In this document: positions 25,201 to 40,526 of the stretch, one piece after another
Layout: each line of letters begins with the position of its first letter
Numbering within the stretch: position 1 is the first letter of the stretch
DNA from: Chlorokybus atmophyticus
Taxonomy: Eukaryota; Plantae; Mesostigma and Chlorokybus algae
Direction of reading: 5' to 3'
NCBI GenBank assembly: GCA_009103225.1
Contig: RHPI01001715.1
Coordinates: forward strand, 578,099-642,098
Length of the DNA: 64,000 bases
Translations under genes and position numbers: made by a program
The notes under the pieces: model-generated
What the model was told of the DNA's origin: nothing
The model's input: only the letters and a program-made list of their open reading frames with translations
Database searches by the model: none

Positions 25201-28200
25201 TGGAGATGCAGCCTGCATGACCCCACCTGATCAAGCCAATTCATGTCTCGGTAAGTAAGCTGGTGATACACATCCCAACATAAACACAACTTGTCGCCAC
25301 ATGCCTCATTCCTATTTTCCCCCCTTAGAGCCCTGCGGCGTCAAAGCAGGCCTCTTCTCCCTGTTAGCCCCTTCTCGAGCCGTCCGCCTACACAACAACA
25401 CCAAAGAGCTCACAAAGACCCTTCGATTCACCCGCGCCATCAACGCAGCCCTGAAACTCAACTCAACCAAAAGACAACAAGACAACAACAACTCAACCCA
25501 ATTCAGGTCCAGCTCCCCATCCAAATCCAGATTAGAACTACATGAGGCCGTGCGTGAACTTGACTTGAAGCATGCGCGTGAGCGGGAGCGGGCTTCCGCG
25601 GATGCACGAGCTTCACGTGTGAATGTTGTGTCATTTCTGTCCTCAATAAGGCTGGAGCTGGACACCCTAGACAACAACAACAACAAAAACAACAATAACA
25701 ACAAGGACAACTCTGCCCTGGCATACGTGCGCGGACGTGTGCGTCTTCTTCGCGCAGTGGCGAATCTGGTCGATGTGCATGGTGAGGGCGGCGAGTTGGT
25801 TGAGGGTATAGTTGTTGGGATACAGGAGGAGGGTAGGCTTGGTCGTCATCCCAACGCTGAAGAAGGCGGCGAAACACATTCCAAAGGTGGGGCAGAGAGG
25901 TTGTTGACTCTGCGGTTGTACGTGGTTCAGGTCTTGTTGGCCCGCGCCCGCCTGCGTGGAGAGCTCGCCACCCTCCTCGGGAACAACAACAACAATGTCC
26001 TCCTACCCGAGGAGGGGGAAATGTATGCAGCCGAGAGTATGGGTGGTGTGGGTGTGTTGTACTCCAACGCAGGCCGCACGCAGGCAGGCCGCGCACTTAG
26101 ACACGCCGAGGCACAAGTCCACGCGTGGAAAGCTGCTCTCGATACAACGATGCTGTGCGAGTGCGAGCGCGGGCTCGAAGCATCATGCTCGGCACTGTTG
26201 TCCTCCTCTTTCAAGTTATCCTTCGGCGTGTCCACAGCCTCCTCCTCCTCCTCCTCCTCGTCCTCCTCCTTGTCCTCATCTGACGCAATAATGATAACAG
26301 CGATGAGGACACGTGCAGAAGAAGCCGAGAGGAGACTTTCTCATATGACGGCATTGATGACCAAGTTGGAGAAAGACAAGTCTGTGTTGGTTGAGTCGGA
26401 GGTGTGCATGAGAGGGTTAGCCACCATCCACGCCTTATCTGCCTTAGAGCGCACTCGCACCCGCGACACCACACACTCCACCCAACACGCCGCACACGTC
26501 CTCGCCGACGAGCGCGCCGATCACGCCCAACACATCACCATCCTCCAGAGCGAGCTCCTCAACGCCAAGGCCAAGTTCAAGGTGTATAGAGAGGAGATGC
26601 AGGTGCGGATGCTGCAGGCGCTATCGGATGTGAAAAGACAGGCGACGGCGAAGCTGGTGCTTGGGGCGGGACTTGCGCCAAAGAAGAAGCATGTGCATAT
26701 GGGTGAGGAGAAGGAGGAAGAGGGGGAAGAGGAGGACAGCGGAGATAGGTGGGATATCATTGCTAGACTGGAGAAGGAGGCCAACGTGCTGCGGTAAGCT
26801 GAAGGATTGTGTTGTGATGTGTGCGCGTTTGTACACACACACACTGATCATGTAGCACATGTGTGTGTGTACGCGCGCATGTGTTTGGTCAAGTCCATTG
26901 GTCATGTGTACATGACTGTTGTTAAACAGCTAAACTAACAGAGCAACATGCAGGGCGGACAACTCGAGTCTGCATCACATGCTGATCAAGCTGCGGTGTT
27001 TCTTCCGGGTGAGAAAAGCGTGCACGGCGCGTGCGTACGGGCGGAAGCTGCGCGAGGTTGAGGGTCAGCGGCGAGAGAGCGACGCGTGCGTGATGGCCGA
27101 GCAGGACGCCTTGCGCGCGCGCTGCGATGCACTCGAAGACCACCTGCATAACACCCAAGCAGCCCTGCGGTTCGTTGATTGCGTGTGCGTGTGCGTGCAT
27201 GCGTGCATGCGTGCATGCGTGCGCGTATGCGCGTTCTTGTGCGTGTTTGAGTGTGCGACTGTGCGATGGTAAGTTGCTGTTGTGAGAGTGACATGTTGGG
27301 GTTGTGTGGTTCAGGACTACGGAGCACGCCCTGGAGAAGGCTGTGGCTGAGCTTAACCACGTGCAAAAGAGCAGGGAGAAGATGCTGCAGGCCAAGGCAC
27401 GCAGGCACAATCCGCTGCTGCGGGAGCACCATGCTCAGAAGCGGACTCTGGAGCAACAGAGGGACATACTGCGCAAGATTGTGCAGGAGGACCCTTTGGC
27501 TGCGTTTAATCTTGTTGGCAGCGACAAGAGTAAGAGGCAGGGGATGCAAGTAGAGAAGCAAGCGACTGGAGAACGCGCTGCGCGTGTGGTAGACGATGTG
27601 GCTGTAGACACCAGCGATCTTGATAGTGATGATGACAATGATGGTCGTAATCATCCTGATGATGAAGAACTTGACGAGGGACAGGACACGAGTAGGCAGC
27701 CCATATCCGCAAGGTCAGCGCCACCCTCAGCTCGCGTGCCTCACTTCAGTATTGTGTCGACACTACGCCCATCGCTGCACGAGATAAATCTGGAGCGGGA
27801 ACTCTTGCGCCTACGAACAGAACTCGCTGACCAAAGGTGAGGCTGCACCACCCAAGGTTGCATGTCTACTAGGGGACATGCCATGTTAACTACCACTTGC
27901 TATTGCAGGGAGCTGAAGCGCCTGGCGTACGAGCGGTTGGCTAGACAGCGAGAGCATGATGAGGTGGTGGATGCGAGTAAAGATGGTGAAGTGGAGCGCA
28001 GAGCACGAAGTGGCTTCATCAGCACGCGCAATATGCCCATTACCAGGCCGCTGTTGTCCGCCAGGGACGCTGCTGCAGGTTCCACCACAGGAGGTTGGCT
28101 GAGTGCCAGAGGTGGGGTGCGGCCATCCTCTGCAGCAGTCAAGGGCAAACAAGAGTCATTGATTCACCAGCATCGCGCGCAGTCGGCTCCTTCTGCGAGG

Positions 28201-28320
28201 CACCCTGTACAGAAAGTGGACACGTCGCCTGTGCGGCCGCGAACAGCACAACTTGCAAATCGACCAGGTAGTCCTCGCAGCCGAGTGCCAGGGCTCAGGT
28301 TGCCACCGCGCATGGGTTAG
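19232..28320 (+). CDS. Very large multi-exon helical/coiled-coil protein with low-complexity inserts (tentatively CCDC162/DUF4549-like, possibly ciliary)
   Basis: Chain of long + strand ORFs joined by GT-AG introns (ELAAFYERRIRECATARVK; RKIAWLPYTPR; RARMLLHVARLRGRLL; QHITILQSELLNAKAKFKVYREE; RPSSA/RPRTA tail). Exact exons, and whether this is one gene, are uncertain. Confidence 0.65.
20524..20565. repeat. (GT)n(GC)n alternating purine-pyrimidine tract; (CA)n nearby at ~20280-20338
   Basis: Directly visible. Confidence 0.85.
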
Positions 28321-28589
28321 CACCGCAAGACAATAGCTCCACATGCAAGCTGTACAGGCGCAGTACTATGGCTGGGTTGCACCACATGATGCCACAACAA
28401 CAGGCATAGAAGTTGTGAGTGTGGTTATGATGCTGAACATACAATCTGATGTCCCTGCTCATGGCAACACCACTCGCCGAAAGAGACTGCGACTTGCACC
28501 ACAACCACGCCTGATGCCAGCAGCCATAGGTAAGGATCCATACCTCTTTGCTCAGTTAACAGGCATCAGCTGCATATAGTTCACTATTG

Positions 28590-31393
28590 CTATGATGCTA
28601 GCGCGCCAAAAAAAGGATTGGTGAGTGCTGTGTGCAACTGCTCTCCTGCTGCACTCAACAACACCGGGTCCACCTTCTCCCTAGCAAGAACGAGATTTTC
28701 ACCAGAATCATCTTTACTAAACCCGCACAACTCCAAGAATCGGATGCCGCCCTCAATGGATCCGACGCGATTCTGCAACAATGCACTTGCTTAATAGAAC
28801 ACCTTAAGCTGACCCAAGCTCATGCAACGAGGTCAATGTGCCAATGCATGTACAATACAAAGTATCAAGGCCAATGCAGCTAGCTTGCCTGGAATGCGGC
28901 ATTTGACAAGCGTATTCGGCGGTACTTGTCCTCATCTGGCGACCGCATAACGTTGCCAAGGTAGGTGGTTATGGTTGTTAATGCTGTCTTGAAGCGCTCC
29001 TCCTCCGCCTGTCATGACTGCAGTCAGTCAGGTCAACATCACGACCCTGCAGCAACGGGTGGCACCACCCGTGCATGCATTTCTGGATGAAATCACCTAC
29101 CTTGTGTGCAGCTTTCATGCTGCGCAGAACTTGCCTCATTTCATCAATCTTTGCAGCCGGTTTGACCGGCAGCATAGCAACCTGCGGGTGGATAGAATGA
29201 AGCTGTGCCAAAGCAATACAAGCAATACACCAATCACAACACCCATCCAGGACCAGGTCAGCTAACGACAGGCCCGTATCTAGGCAGCATGCAACAACCT
29301 TCTTCTCCTCCACAGCTGGTTTGGGCTTCTCTGACTCTGGTTCGTCTGGAGGCAGTCCCAACTTTGCACGCCGCTCCCTCTGCACACACGCAGGTCGTGA
29401 GCAAGCACAATATGCGACTTTGATTTCAACAGAAAAGCCGCATGCATACCCTGTCTTGGTCAATCTTCTCTTGTATCTTTCTGCGTGCGCGCTCAGCCTC
29501 TTCCTTCTCGCGCCGTCGTGCCTCCGCGTTCCTGTAAAGACACCTTCATCTTAAGCACCCAAGTTCAGCCGCCCAACAAGGCAGCTGAGAAAGACACAGT
29601 ATGTGTTAAGAAATAAGGCATCACCGCTGCAGCTCAAGCTGTTCCTCTTTGCGCTTTGCCTCCAATAGCTCCTTGCCCATTTGCACTCGTGCCTGCAAGT
29701 CACAACCCACAGCTGACGAATCTTGAATAGTTACAACCTACAGGAAAGCAGCGCACGAAGGACTTGTGCTTTGTGATTCTAGTCATAGAGTGCGTGATTT
29801 GCCAGTAGTGACACACGTGAAGGATTGTGACATTGGAGACACAAAAGAACAGCACCACTGAACAGTGCAATGTTGTGAACAAAGCTTTGAAGTAAACAGT
29901 CACGTCATCGACTTGAATGATGCGCACTGCCTCATGCATAGTCATGCTGGAGACCCGAACCACTTTGGCTTTGTTGGTGCGATTCAGTGCTCAACAGACA
30001 TACCCGCTCGCGCTCAACTTCCAGTTGTCTTTCTTCTTCCTCCTTCTTCCTTCTTGCTTTGCGCCTAATTGCCATGTTTGAGAGCTTAGAACGCAAACCA
30101 TCCTCAGTACAGCTGATGACGCTGTGCACTTACACAAGCTCTTCAGCTTGGGCTTTAGCCTCCTCTTTTGACAGTGAAGTCTTTGGCTTTGTTGACTCCT
30201 GTTTCTCATGGTTCAGCCAAGCATGCCAGCAGGCTGCTCACCATCACAACGCACCTCTGGTATTGTATCAATGTCTGGGTCTCCTTCATGCTCGACAATC
30301 CAATTGACAGCCGCCTCAATGTTCTGAACACCTGCTCCACAAACACGCACCCGTCACATCATTGGATATGCCAGTCCTCGTGTAGTCTGCATGTTGACCT
30401 TAAGCTGTAGCCATACCACACAGCATCAGCGCACGAATGGCCCGCGGGCGTGGAAAGCCCATCCCTTCCAGTTCAGCAACCACCTCCGCATTGACCCCAC
30501 TCGGAACTGCACCAGACATAAGGACAGCGACTTAGCTTGACTTGGACTGTGAAAGTGTTGCTGCAGAACAGACTTCACACACTCATGAGCAGACTGCGCT
30601 TCGCCCCCATTCACTCACTCTCACTGGCACTGGTGCTTGCTGCTGTTGCTGTTCCCGCTTCGCTACTTGCAGCTTGGTCTGGCGCCTGATCGGCATCCTT
30701 CATCTCTGTGTCTGTGCTGGCCACTGCAGGTGCTGGGGGAGGTGACGGTACTGACGGAGTCTGAAGATCCACTGGCTTAGCCTCGTGTGTTTTATCAACG
30801 AAACCCGCATGACCGGTGCGCTTCGTGTGCAGGTCTTGCTCCTGATGAAGCACACCAATCAGATGCTGTTGTGAGCAGGATTAATATCGTGGACGTGATG
30901 CATGCGCTGCTTTCACTGGACTACCATCACCATAGAACCCCGGCTCACACCCTCTCCCCCTGCTTACTCCCTTCTCACCCGCGCTTCGCCTCTGCTTCAG
31001 CGTACGAGGCATGCCACGGTTGCATGCACCAGAGGGTGAACTAAACAAAGCCTTAATTCAACAGATCTACTGGATCCGAAGCATGTAAAGCAATAACAGT
31101 ACCGTCTGGCTGCGGCAGGGCTTTCCACACTCCGTACACACAATGTTCAGCACCTGCGTACCAATAAAGTATACTAAAAAATTGCTCCTTGTGTGCGTTG
31201 CAAATCAGGAAGCAAGTTACAGAGCGTCCCTCATGCAACCACACGCATACTGTGCTACAATGCAGCGCCATCTCACCGGCTGCTCCGACTCCCGGAAGTT
31301 GGTATGCAGGGTGAGCTCCGCATGCCTCTGAGCCTCGGCCGCATTTTTGAGCTGCGTTCCGCAGTCGCCGCACACGAGCGACAACGCCGCCAT
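28590..31393 (-). CDS. C2H2 zinc finger-UBA-coiled coil-PUB domain protein (plant UBA/PUB family, At1g04850-like)
   Basis: MAALSLVCGDCGTQLKNAAEAQRHAELTLHTNFRES; DLHTKRTGHAGFVDKT; GWKGWAFH UBA-like segment; C-terminal RVGSIEGGIRFLELCGF...LTNPFFGAL PUB end. Confidence 0.9.
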
Positions 31394-31830
31394 CACCGCC
31401 GCCACCGTCACCGCCACCGCCAAGGTCCACACCCACACGGCCACGGGCAGACAAACGAATTTCTAATCTAATGAAACCCTAACTCACTCGTGTCCAGACA
31501 CAATTTGGCAAGCACCATTAAGCGTATCCAGATACGGTTGGGGCAACTGAGTTGAGTTCGGTTAACCGCTGGTTGGTTGCCACGTGGCGCTGTCTGCCTC
31601 CGCCGCCGCGGTTGCCGCCGGCATTGCTGCGCTCAGGGCTGGGGAGGGGATCCGGGAAAGGGCGGAGCAAGCGCAAGGGAAAAGGTGAAGCTGACGCTTG
31701 AGGGTTGGCATTGAGGCAGGTGGTTGGACACTCTGTGTGGTCGCTGAGCTGCTTGGGGAGGGAAGAGCCGGCGGAGGGGGGAAGGGGGGCGGCGGGGCAT
31801 CGCCGCCGTCGCCAGGGGTTGCAGGTATAG

Positions 31831-33537
<1,707 letters not shown>

Positions 33538-33816
33538 ACAGCTGTTGCAAGTTAAAAAACCATTTGTAGACTGTCCTCATTTAGCCGTGGTGCGGTGGTT
33601 GCAGTGTTGTTAAGCCTGCTGGTATGCGAGTACCATAGCTTCAATGCACACAACGCATCTTGGTAGTTGGGGTACTGTAGCATCCTGAATGTCGTGGTCT
33701 TGCACACCATGTTGCACGTTATGATGTGAATGTCATGCTGTTCCATGTGGTTACATGGATGTGCCTTGCATACACAAGTGAGTTAAATGTGAAGACAGCA
33801 TTGTGCATCAAGCTCC

Positions 33817-36800
33817 TTATGTTGGTGCAACGTTCAAGGGTCTTTGCACTGTGCCAGTGAGCGCAACAATAGGCACAGGTCTACCCTGGCCAGGCAATGG
33901 CAGAGCTCCTACTACTTCTGGCTGCCGGGTCCTGGGCAGGGCGGCTCCAGGAGGTGGCAACCCGTTCGATCGTGACCCGATAGGTCGTGGTGCCGGCATC
34001 CCCACCGTCATGGGCATGGGTGCTGCCATCGCAGTTGGTCTCATTTGCAAGGGGGGACGCAGCTGAATGCCAGCTGGTGAAGCAAGAATTGGTTGGGGTG
34101 CGCTTGCTTGTGGTGTTGGTATGTACATGGCCGGTCTCGCTACCTGGCTGCCAGCCGGCAGCACTTGCATGGGCCTAATTGGCATGCCCGCCGGTCTCAC
34201 AGCGGGTCCAGGCAAGGGCATGGCGGGTGTCGGCTGAATCTGGACTGGTCTGGGTGGCGTGGGTCCACCTACTGGCATGGATTTCACTTGCACGCCAGCT
34301 GGCATGGGTATGGGCTTGGGCATGGGCATGGGCATGGGTGCCTGGCGAACCTGCGCACCGACAGGTGCTGGCATAGGCTGCCCGTCGGCTGGCAAGGGGC
34401 CTGGCTGCTGCGGTGCTGTGTTTGGCTGCGCAAGCCGAAGTGAAACTTGCTGAATTGGGAGAGTCTGTGCTTGGAGCCTTACATGCGTGGCTGAACCTAG
34501 TTGTGACGGTCTAATGCCTTGTGCCTGTACAGCTGTAGTTATTGGCTGCTGAACAACACCCGGCGCAGTCATGGGCATAGGCACGGGCATAAGCATCACT
34601 CTGGCACCAACTGGAGGCATCACTCCTGCCTGGTGCGGTCTCACCACGGCAGGCACGACTTGCACAGGCTGTGCCAGTTGCGGCCTCACAGCCACTCCAC
34701 CCTGCATAGCCATCGGCATTGGCATAGGCATTGGTGCTCGCTGGGGCGCCACCTGCGGCCCTGCCGGCATCGCTACTGCTGGCCTGTACCTGCCAGGCGC
34801 AGGCATCATCGGCTGCACTGGCCTGGATGGACCCAGCATCGGCCGCATGATGGGCACTCCACCACCCGGCATCGGCACCATAGGCATTGCGGGCCGCATG
34901 AGGGGCCAACCGGATGCCACAAACGGTCTTGGGGCTGGCTGAACACGCGCCGGCATCGGCATTGCTGAGTTTGCTGGTCTGATCATGCCGGGAGGACGAT
35001 GAGGATGCATCGCTCCTGGAACCGGCATTGTGTTGGATGGTGATGTATGTGTCTTGCTTGCTGGCGGAGGTGCTTGTTGCGGGGACTTAGAGCCATTGCT
35101 AGCTGGTTGTGGCACTGATGCCTTTGTAGCATCAGTGCTTGACACTTGCAAAAGGCTGTTGGACGCCAGCTGGGCGAGGAGCAGGTCCGAGGAGCCGTAG
35201 ATATCAACGCTCACCGTGGCCGGACGCTGAAAATCTCCCCTCCGGGGTGCTCGATATCCTCCCTTTGCCTTTTGCCTCAGCTCACGTCGCACGCGATGCC
35301 CTCTCCAGCAAGCCTGTATCGTCCTCGCAGCGATATCGCTCCTGGCCTCCTCTGCCCTACCCCTACGCACCCGACATCCCCTCCAACATGCCTGTATCAG
35401 CGTCGCAGCCTGAATCCGCCTCTGCCTCTCCCTCAATCCCAACACTCGCCTCACACAATAACCCCTCCAACAAGCCTGAGAGACACATACACAAGCACAC
35501 ATACACGCACATCAGTCCCCTGCAAACAGGAGACACAAACGCATAAGTCACATGACGCTCACCTGAATGACAACAGCAGCAATTCGGCGCAAGCGCATCA
35601 TCCCAACATGTCGTTGCTTGTCACCCTTTCTCCTTGCGAGCCACCCGCGCGCGTGAGCTTGTATCCACACGGCCGCCTGAGTCCTTGCATCGGCGCGCGC
35701 AAGCTCGCACGGGTGGCAATACGCCGTCTCTTTAGTGGCAAAGTTGTAGTAATAAGGGGTCTTGCTTGGGCCCCTTTCATGAAATCGCAGCCACGGAACA
35801 GGTATGGAGCCCTCGTTTATGAGATGGTAGCTCATGAACCGCTTCGGGTTGTGATTGCCACCTGCGTACGCGTCTCTCCACTCAACACGCTTCTCCTCAA
35901 CCTGAGCAGGAAATAAGGGAAGAACAAAGTTGGCATGTTGTGGTAATGTGGTGATGAAGGCATGAGAACTTAGGGGTGATTGGTTAACTCTTACGAGTGT
36001 GAGGAAAAAGGCGTCAAGAGGGTGAGACCGCTGCGCGACACCCGTGCGGCGGTTGTAGTAGCAGACCTGAATGATGCAGATTATGTGTGGTAAGATCTGG
36101 CCTGATGCATGAGTTTGTCCCATGCACATGTCTTGACAAAACCCAACCAAGTGTACCTCCCCTGTGTCGTCCTCGCACTCTTCCCATCCAGGTGGCAGAG
36201 GCGTGCTCACGGCCGCCTTTGCAACACCCATCAAGTGCGCTTCCTCTCTGAACAATAAACGATGTTGTCATTGGATGTTGTTATCATGCACAACAGTGGC
36301 AACAACAACAAGAACAACTGTCATTCATAGCTCACTCCGGATGGATGCCCAAGTAAAGTGCCATTGCGCGTGTCTCCTCGGGTGTGGGTGGCATTGCGTA
36401 AGCATGTTCAGCGAGCAGCTGAATGAAGCACAAAGAAACTCTGAGGAACCAGGGAACTTTCTGTCGTGCATCATCGATAGTCTTTTTCGCCAAGTTCTGT
36501 ACTCACCTGGCGGCCCTCCTTGTGCATGAACACAATGGACCTGTAGCGCTCCTCTTCAGGGTGACTCCACTATGTTGACACAGCAGAAGACAGACATGTA
36601 ATCAAATCGGCAAACATAGTATGCCAATCTGTCAATTGACCTCATACTGACTCCATTGGTGTGAAGTTAACTTCATCGCTGTATACTCTTAACGTGGGGT
36701 CTGTACCTGAGTGTGTCCCGTCCTTTCATCATGATAGTAAAATCGCAACCCGCCATTGCGGCCTTGTTCGTCATTGCACTCATACTCGTGCCATCCATCT

Positions 36801-37118
36801 ATGCGTTTAAGTCAACAACCACACACACGACAAAGAGTATGTTGGGATCAATCCATGTGCGTGATTATTGCATCAACAAGTTCTGCTATTGCCACAATGC
36901 TCACCAGGGAGGTCCCTTGCGGCGATCTCCTCCGCGACCCACAGGAGGTCAGCGTCGTGGACGGGGTGGAGCCCCAGGCGTCTGGCGGCGGCCGTCTCAC
37001 GGGCGGCAAGCACCTCCCTGATCCGCCGCTCCTCGAGGAGCCTGTCCCCCTCCTCCTCCTCCTCCTCCAGCTGGTACAGCTCCCCCTCCGCCTGCTCCTC
37101 TTCCTGATCCTCCTCCAT
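33817..37118 (-). CDS. Protein with CEP164-like WW-type repeats, IQ motifs and a ~400-aa Pro/Met/Gln-rich tail
   Basis: RLGLHPVHDADLLWVAEEIAARDLP and AHLMGVAKAAVSTPLPPGWEECEDDTGE/YYNRRTG..SHPLD; WIQAHARGWLAR and IQACWRG x3; long PMPMP-rich ORF 33817-35480. Confidence 0.8.
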
Positions 37119-37999
37119 CGTCGCGGGACCTGCTGCGGGGCGGCGCTAGCTCTGAAGCCTGCCGGGTCGCAACGACGTCAAGGTGGTCATGGCTGTCGCC
37201 GTTGTTGCCGCCGCCATCGCCGGCAGCGGCGGCGGACGAGAGGCCCGGTCTGCCACGTGGCAGTATGCCTACAGTAACCGGTATGCTCACGTGACCCGAG
37301 AAAAGGTTCCCACCCGAACAGGATCCACCATCGTCGGGCGTACTCTTGAACCTGATTGATGGTGTGTCACGAGCTGTTCACACGTGATGCTGGCGACCAT
37401 ACGCCTTTGTCTGGCAGCTAGGCGCACGCATCAAGTTGACACTTCTGCCTGGCGTGCCCCGCAGTGATGTTAGGCTTAGTTTAGGCCTTGCTTGTTTCCA
37501 ACCTCAGCTGCTCGCCCCCAGTGCAAGCCATGGTAGCCAATATGCGCGGTCACACGTATGCGCATGCTGCAGATTAGGCGCAAACACCGGGGCAGTATGT
37601 ACACAATTGTTGACAAGGTTTTGCCATGCAAGGTCGAGCACACACAGCAATCAGACAAGTGCAGAACTGATGACAACGTGCCTATCTCCATGAGTACCAA
37701 TTGATTATTCAAAATTGATGGCTGCACTTTGTGTGCAACTGGATGTTGAGCAGTTGTTGAGGTTACGGCTTCTTTAGCCCATAGTTAGTGTAAGACAATG
37801 CGCTAGTTAAACCACGGAAGTGTTGAGTTCCTAAGCTATACTGAGCAAACATGCACATACAGGAACACGGCAATGCGCATGCGCTCACACAGACACAAGC
37901 ATGCAGGTGCAAGCGCACAAGCAATGCGTTTGCGCACACACACAAAGACACAGCGCAGGTGACTGCAACAGCTATGCATGCATGCATGTCTAGCAGGGG

Positions 38000-39360
38000 G
38001 GCAGTAGTGGTAGACGTAGAGGTAGTTAGCAGGCAGCATGTAGGCGCCTTGCCCCAATGGTCGATGTGGTGAGTGTTGGTGGTGTTGGTTGAATTGCATG
38101 TGCACGTAGGTTTGCATATTATGCATTCCCTCTTGCATCTTTTGTACACACACGTGCGCTTGCATGCCCCCGACCAAACATGCAACCAGGCACAAGACGG
38201 ACAGGAAGTATCAAGCTGAAGGTAGCAATAATATTCAATGTTCAAGTGCATAATATGCAACGCAAGATTCGTGCTTTCGCAGTGCTGCTTTATGAGCGAA
38301 CGCAGGTGGTCAGCCTATGGCCAACGATGACAACGTAAACAACAGCAACGGCAACGACAAGAACCAACAGCGATACAGCAGCAGCGACAACAGAAAACAA
38401 CCACAACAACGACAGAAGCAGGCAGCAGCTGCACCATGCACCAGCTACAACAGCGACACGATAGCCATGCATGCCTGCGCAGTGGGATTTCCAGCCCTCA
38501 GCAGCCCAGCCTCACAGGCGACTCCTGTCTGCTCTTGCTCCTCCGCCTCCTCCTTTCCCGCCGCTTCCGCCGCCTTTGACCAGAGTGAGCATGCTGTACA
38601 GTCAACTTGGCTAGCTGGTTGCGGTGACGGCGGCGGAGCGTTGTGTGCGCTGGCTTGGGCGGTGTAGGCCTTGTCTGCGTCGCCGTAGGTGGCAGTAGGT
38701 GCTTGCCAGGGTAGCTAAGAGCGCCATTCTGAAGCGCTGCGATGGGCGGGCGCAAGGTTACAGGTTACATGACTGGCCTGTTTGTTGGTCGGTGAGTTGT
38801 GCATGTTTGCATGTGCGATGAGGTGTGGCGGAGCGTCTGGAATCACAGTCTGTTATTGCTGTAGGGTTTCGCACAAAAGAGAGGTACAAACTGCTAGTAA
38901 GCTAGCTGTTTTGCTGTCTTGCTGGCTGGCTGGCTGGCAGCAACGAGTAAGCATGGCATGCAATGCAATGCAACACATTGCCTATTAATGCTATGCCGTG
39001 CAGTGCAACGCAGCTCTCTTGGACGAAGTTGGTCTCCACACCAACTGGACATTGTGCATCCAAGCTTTTTACACGCTTGTTGTCCCACACACTGATCACT
39101 CAGTGGTCTGAGTTGATGACACGTACAGTCTTGCGAACTCGTGGTAGTCTACAAACGTAAAAGGACCCCAAGCAGCAGCAGGATGATCTGAGCACGAAAC
39201 ACAAGCTGACGGAACTGTAGACTGCACTGCCATAGAGTCATTGTAGATTCCAGCTGCTGTTGTGCCCCCCCCAGCAGCAGCCCAATTTGCCTGAGCGCGT
39301 GACATGCTTCTGATTGGTTGCCGAGTTGTGGGAAAGGCAATCGAAGCAACCACCATCTAA
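38000..39360 (-). pseudogene. Decayed gene remnant, weakly paralogous to 5570-6620 (block C')
   Basis: Coding-like fragments (WGPFTFVDYHEFARLY; YMLPANYLYVYHY) with frameshifts; GAAGCAACCACC(T/A)TCTAACCT shared with 5663; GC-rich similarity of 38600-38630 to 6217-6242. Confidence 0.3.
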
Positions 39361-40526
39361 CCTGAGCACTTGACTCTGGGTTGTATTAGGTGAGTGCTGC
39401 ATTCACTTGAACTGATTTAGCGAGGCGTGCAGGTGTCGCGTTTTGCGTTACAGTGTGATCTAGAATAACAGTTTGCAATTGACAGTAGCTTTGCAGCTCA
39501 GGCAGTGATGGTCAGACTACTACTGACAGTTCAGTATCCCCTCTCCGTAGCTGTGGTGGAGCATGCTTATGCGGACTCTGGTGATTGACAACATGCTACC
39601 TACTGCACATATCCATGTCTTGAGCGACTGTAAACAGATATGGTTGCACGTGGCAAGCATGTGCATGGGGTTGCTCACATGTATTCACAGCCATAGCATC
39701 TGGTTTGATTTGATTTGAGCTTATATACAGCGCCGCACCCTGCACTTGCGCCTGGCAACTGCAGGTTTGAACTCAGCCTTGGGTGAACAACAACAACCCC
39801 CGCCGCACGGTGGCACACTCCCCTGACACAGACGAGTGTAGCAACGGCAAACGCTGGCGCAGCACATACGCCACAGCCTTTGTTGAATTCGCAGTGCAAC
39901 TTTTCTCTGATATTCGAGCGGTAGCGGTGGCAGACAAGGAGGCGAACAAGGAGCAGGAGAAGGAGGGCCTGCTGGGAAGCTGTGCTATGTGGGCGAAACA
40001 GACAAAGCCTGTGCTGCGCAGGCTGTTCACTGAAACGGATGGCGTGAGGTGAGGTGAGGTGTAGTGAGGTGAGGTGAGGTTGCGCTGCAATGGTTGACAT
40101 CGAAACAGCGTGCACTTGGGTCAAACAGTAGTATCAACCCAGTGGTTATTGTCGTCGCATGGTCACTGTATAAGACTGTTTCTGCTTTCAAGTTAAATTG
40201 TTTCTTTCCAATTTCCGGACTCCATGGCTGTCTGCACCCTGGCTGTCCGCAGATGTGTGGTGGCGGGCATGGCCTGTGAGCGCACAGGTGCGCTTATGTT
40301 TCTGTAGGTATGAGTGCAAGTGTATGTGTCACTGTGCAGCAAGCACGCGCATACGTACTTGTGGATGTGTGGATGTGCTTCCAGGCATGAATTGTGCATG
40401 TGCATGTGCGCGCGTGTGTCATGGCATCGGTTTCATATACACCACGGGCTGACCAGGAACACCCTCCATCAACTTGCAAGCTCTCTCGGTGGCACATACA
40501 CATCCCAATATCCGCAATTTTCGTGG

